Assembly (NCBI GenBank): GCA_963719495.1
Contig: CAVRCI010000013.1
Location: forward strand, 640,001-704,000
Direction: 5' to 3'
Length of the DNA: 64,000 bases
From: an uncultured Verrucomicrobiae bacterium
GTDB lineage: Bacteria; Verrucomicrobiota; Verrucomicrobiia; Chthoniobacterales; JAATET01
Below, piece after piece: positions 63,133 to 64,000 of this stretch (positions are counted from its first letter, which is position 1; each line of letters begins with the position of its first letter). Below the pieces are notes generated by a model. The model was not told where the DNA came from. It ran no database searches and worked only from the letters and a program-made list of their open reading frames with translations. The position numbers were made by a program, and so were the translations under genes.

Positions 63133-63888
63133 CACCGGACGCCGGGGCACCCTGAGCACGAGCATTCCGAGACAAACCTGCGCGGAGCGGAGAATGCGTG
63201 TGCCTTCGCCCGGGAGCACGATGTGCGGACGATTGTGTTCAGGAGTTCGATCGCGCCTTACGGGGCCTCGGAGCCGCTCAAAACCGAGGACACTTTGCCG
63301 CTGCCGAATACGGCTGACGGGATTTCGAAGCTGGTGGCGGAGCACATTCACCGGACGTGGCAGGCGGGGCGACCGGACGAGCGTCGGCTCGTGATCGTGC
63401 GGCCGGGGGTGGTCTTTGGTGCTGGCGAGGGCGGGAACGTCACGAGATTGGCGGGGTCGATGGCGCGGAAGCGATTTGTGTATCTGGTGCGCAAGGACAC
63501 GATCAAGGCGTGCATCTACGTGAAGGACGTGGCGCGCCTGTTGGCTGAAATGGCCGCGAGGACCGAGCCGGGCGTGTTTTTGTATAATCTGACTTACGAG
63601 CCCGCTCCGACGATCGAGGGGATTTGCGGGGCAATCTCGCGAGTGACGGGTGCGCCGCTGCCGAAGCTGGTTGTGCCCGGCTCGATGTTGCGAGCGGTCG
63701 CAGCGGTCCTTAAGCCGCTGCAGGGTCTTCTCGGAGAGGGCTTTCATCCTGACCGGGTGAAGAAGCTCATGGTCTCGAACAACATGGCGGGCCGGAAGCT
63801 CCTGGATGACGGCTATCGACTGGAGTTCAGCCTCGAGGAAGCACTCCGCGACTGGCAGCAGGACTGCGTGGGTGGTGATCTAGTTTAG
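63133..63888 (+). pseudogene. 5'-truncated NAD-epimerase paralog, fused behind a mini-element
   Basis: HRTPGHPE...; catalytic YGISK changed to DGISK. Confidence 0.8.
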
Positions 63889-64000
63889 CGGGCAAAGGGG
63901 AGCGGGGCCGTCCCGTCCCCGAGCTGGAATTGAATTCGCGAGGACGGATGCCCTTACTCCCGGCGCGAAAGATGCGGACGGTATACGGTCGGTTTCGTTC

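Noticed and set aside
62953..63888. Intact 311-aa epimerase ORF
   Set aside because: The N-terminus is vanZ plus mini-element sequence, with no GxxGxxG, and the catalytic Tyr is lost

Overview
GC-rich bacterial DNA (gene content suggests Verrucomicrobiota; this is inference) carrying an exosortase-linked surface-polysaccharide locus: O-antigen-ligase-like gene, TPR protein, GbsR/MarR regulator, gmd, exosortase, then an AT-richer core (GT2, NeuA-like cytidylyltransferase, 2-hydroxyacid dehydrogenase, SDR, four FkbM methyltransferases, flippase, Wzy, GT4s) and a tail of VanZ, WecB/TagA and NAD-epimerase genes. On both sides of the core (7.6-23 kb and 39-64 kb) the operon is filled with about 20 small toxin-antitoxin-type gene pairs (MNT-HEPN, VapBC/PIN, HicAB, Phd-RelE, PolyVal-type kinases, four-helix-bundle genes), and many of the toxins are pseudogenised. 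The spacers between these pairs are built from a reused vocabulary: 7/8/9-mer tandem repeats laid out as inverted arms, a structured element typically 75-90 bp long with covarying stems (about 14 copies), and a 28-bp motif (AAATGTGTCAATATGAATGACCGACCCC) that sits at gene-truncation and duplication junctions. Host operon segments are serially duplicated with different cargo (EpsI-like x2, VanZ-TagA-epimerase x4). No integrase or recombinase is visible, only IS1182, IS630 and two IS1202-like elements. The best candidate novel system is an integrase-less, repeat-scaffolded cassette array inside a polysaccharide operon. Family calls come from motif recognition only, and frameshifts or duplications could partly be assembly artefacts.
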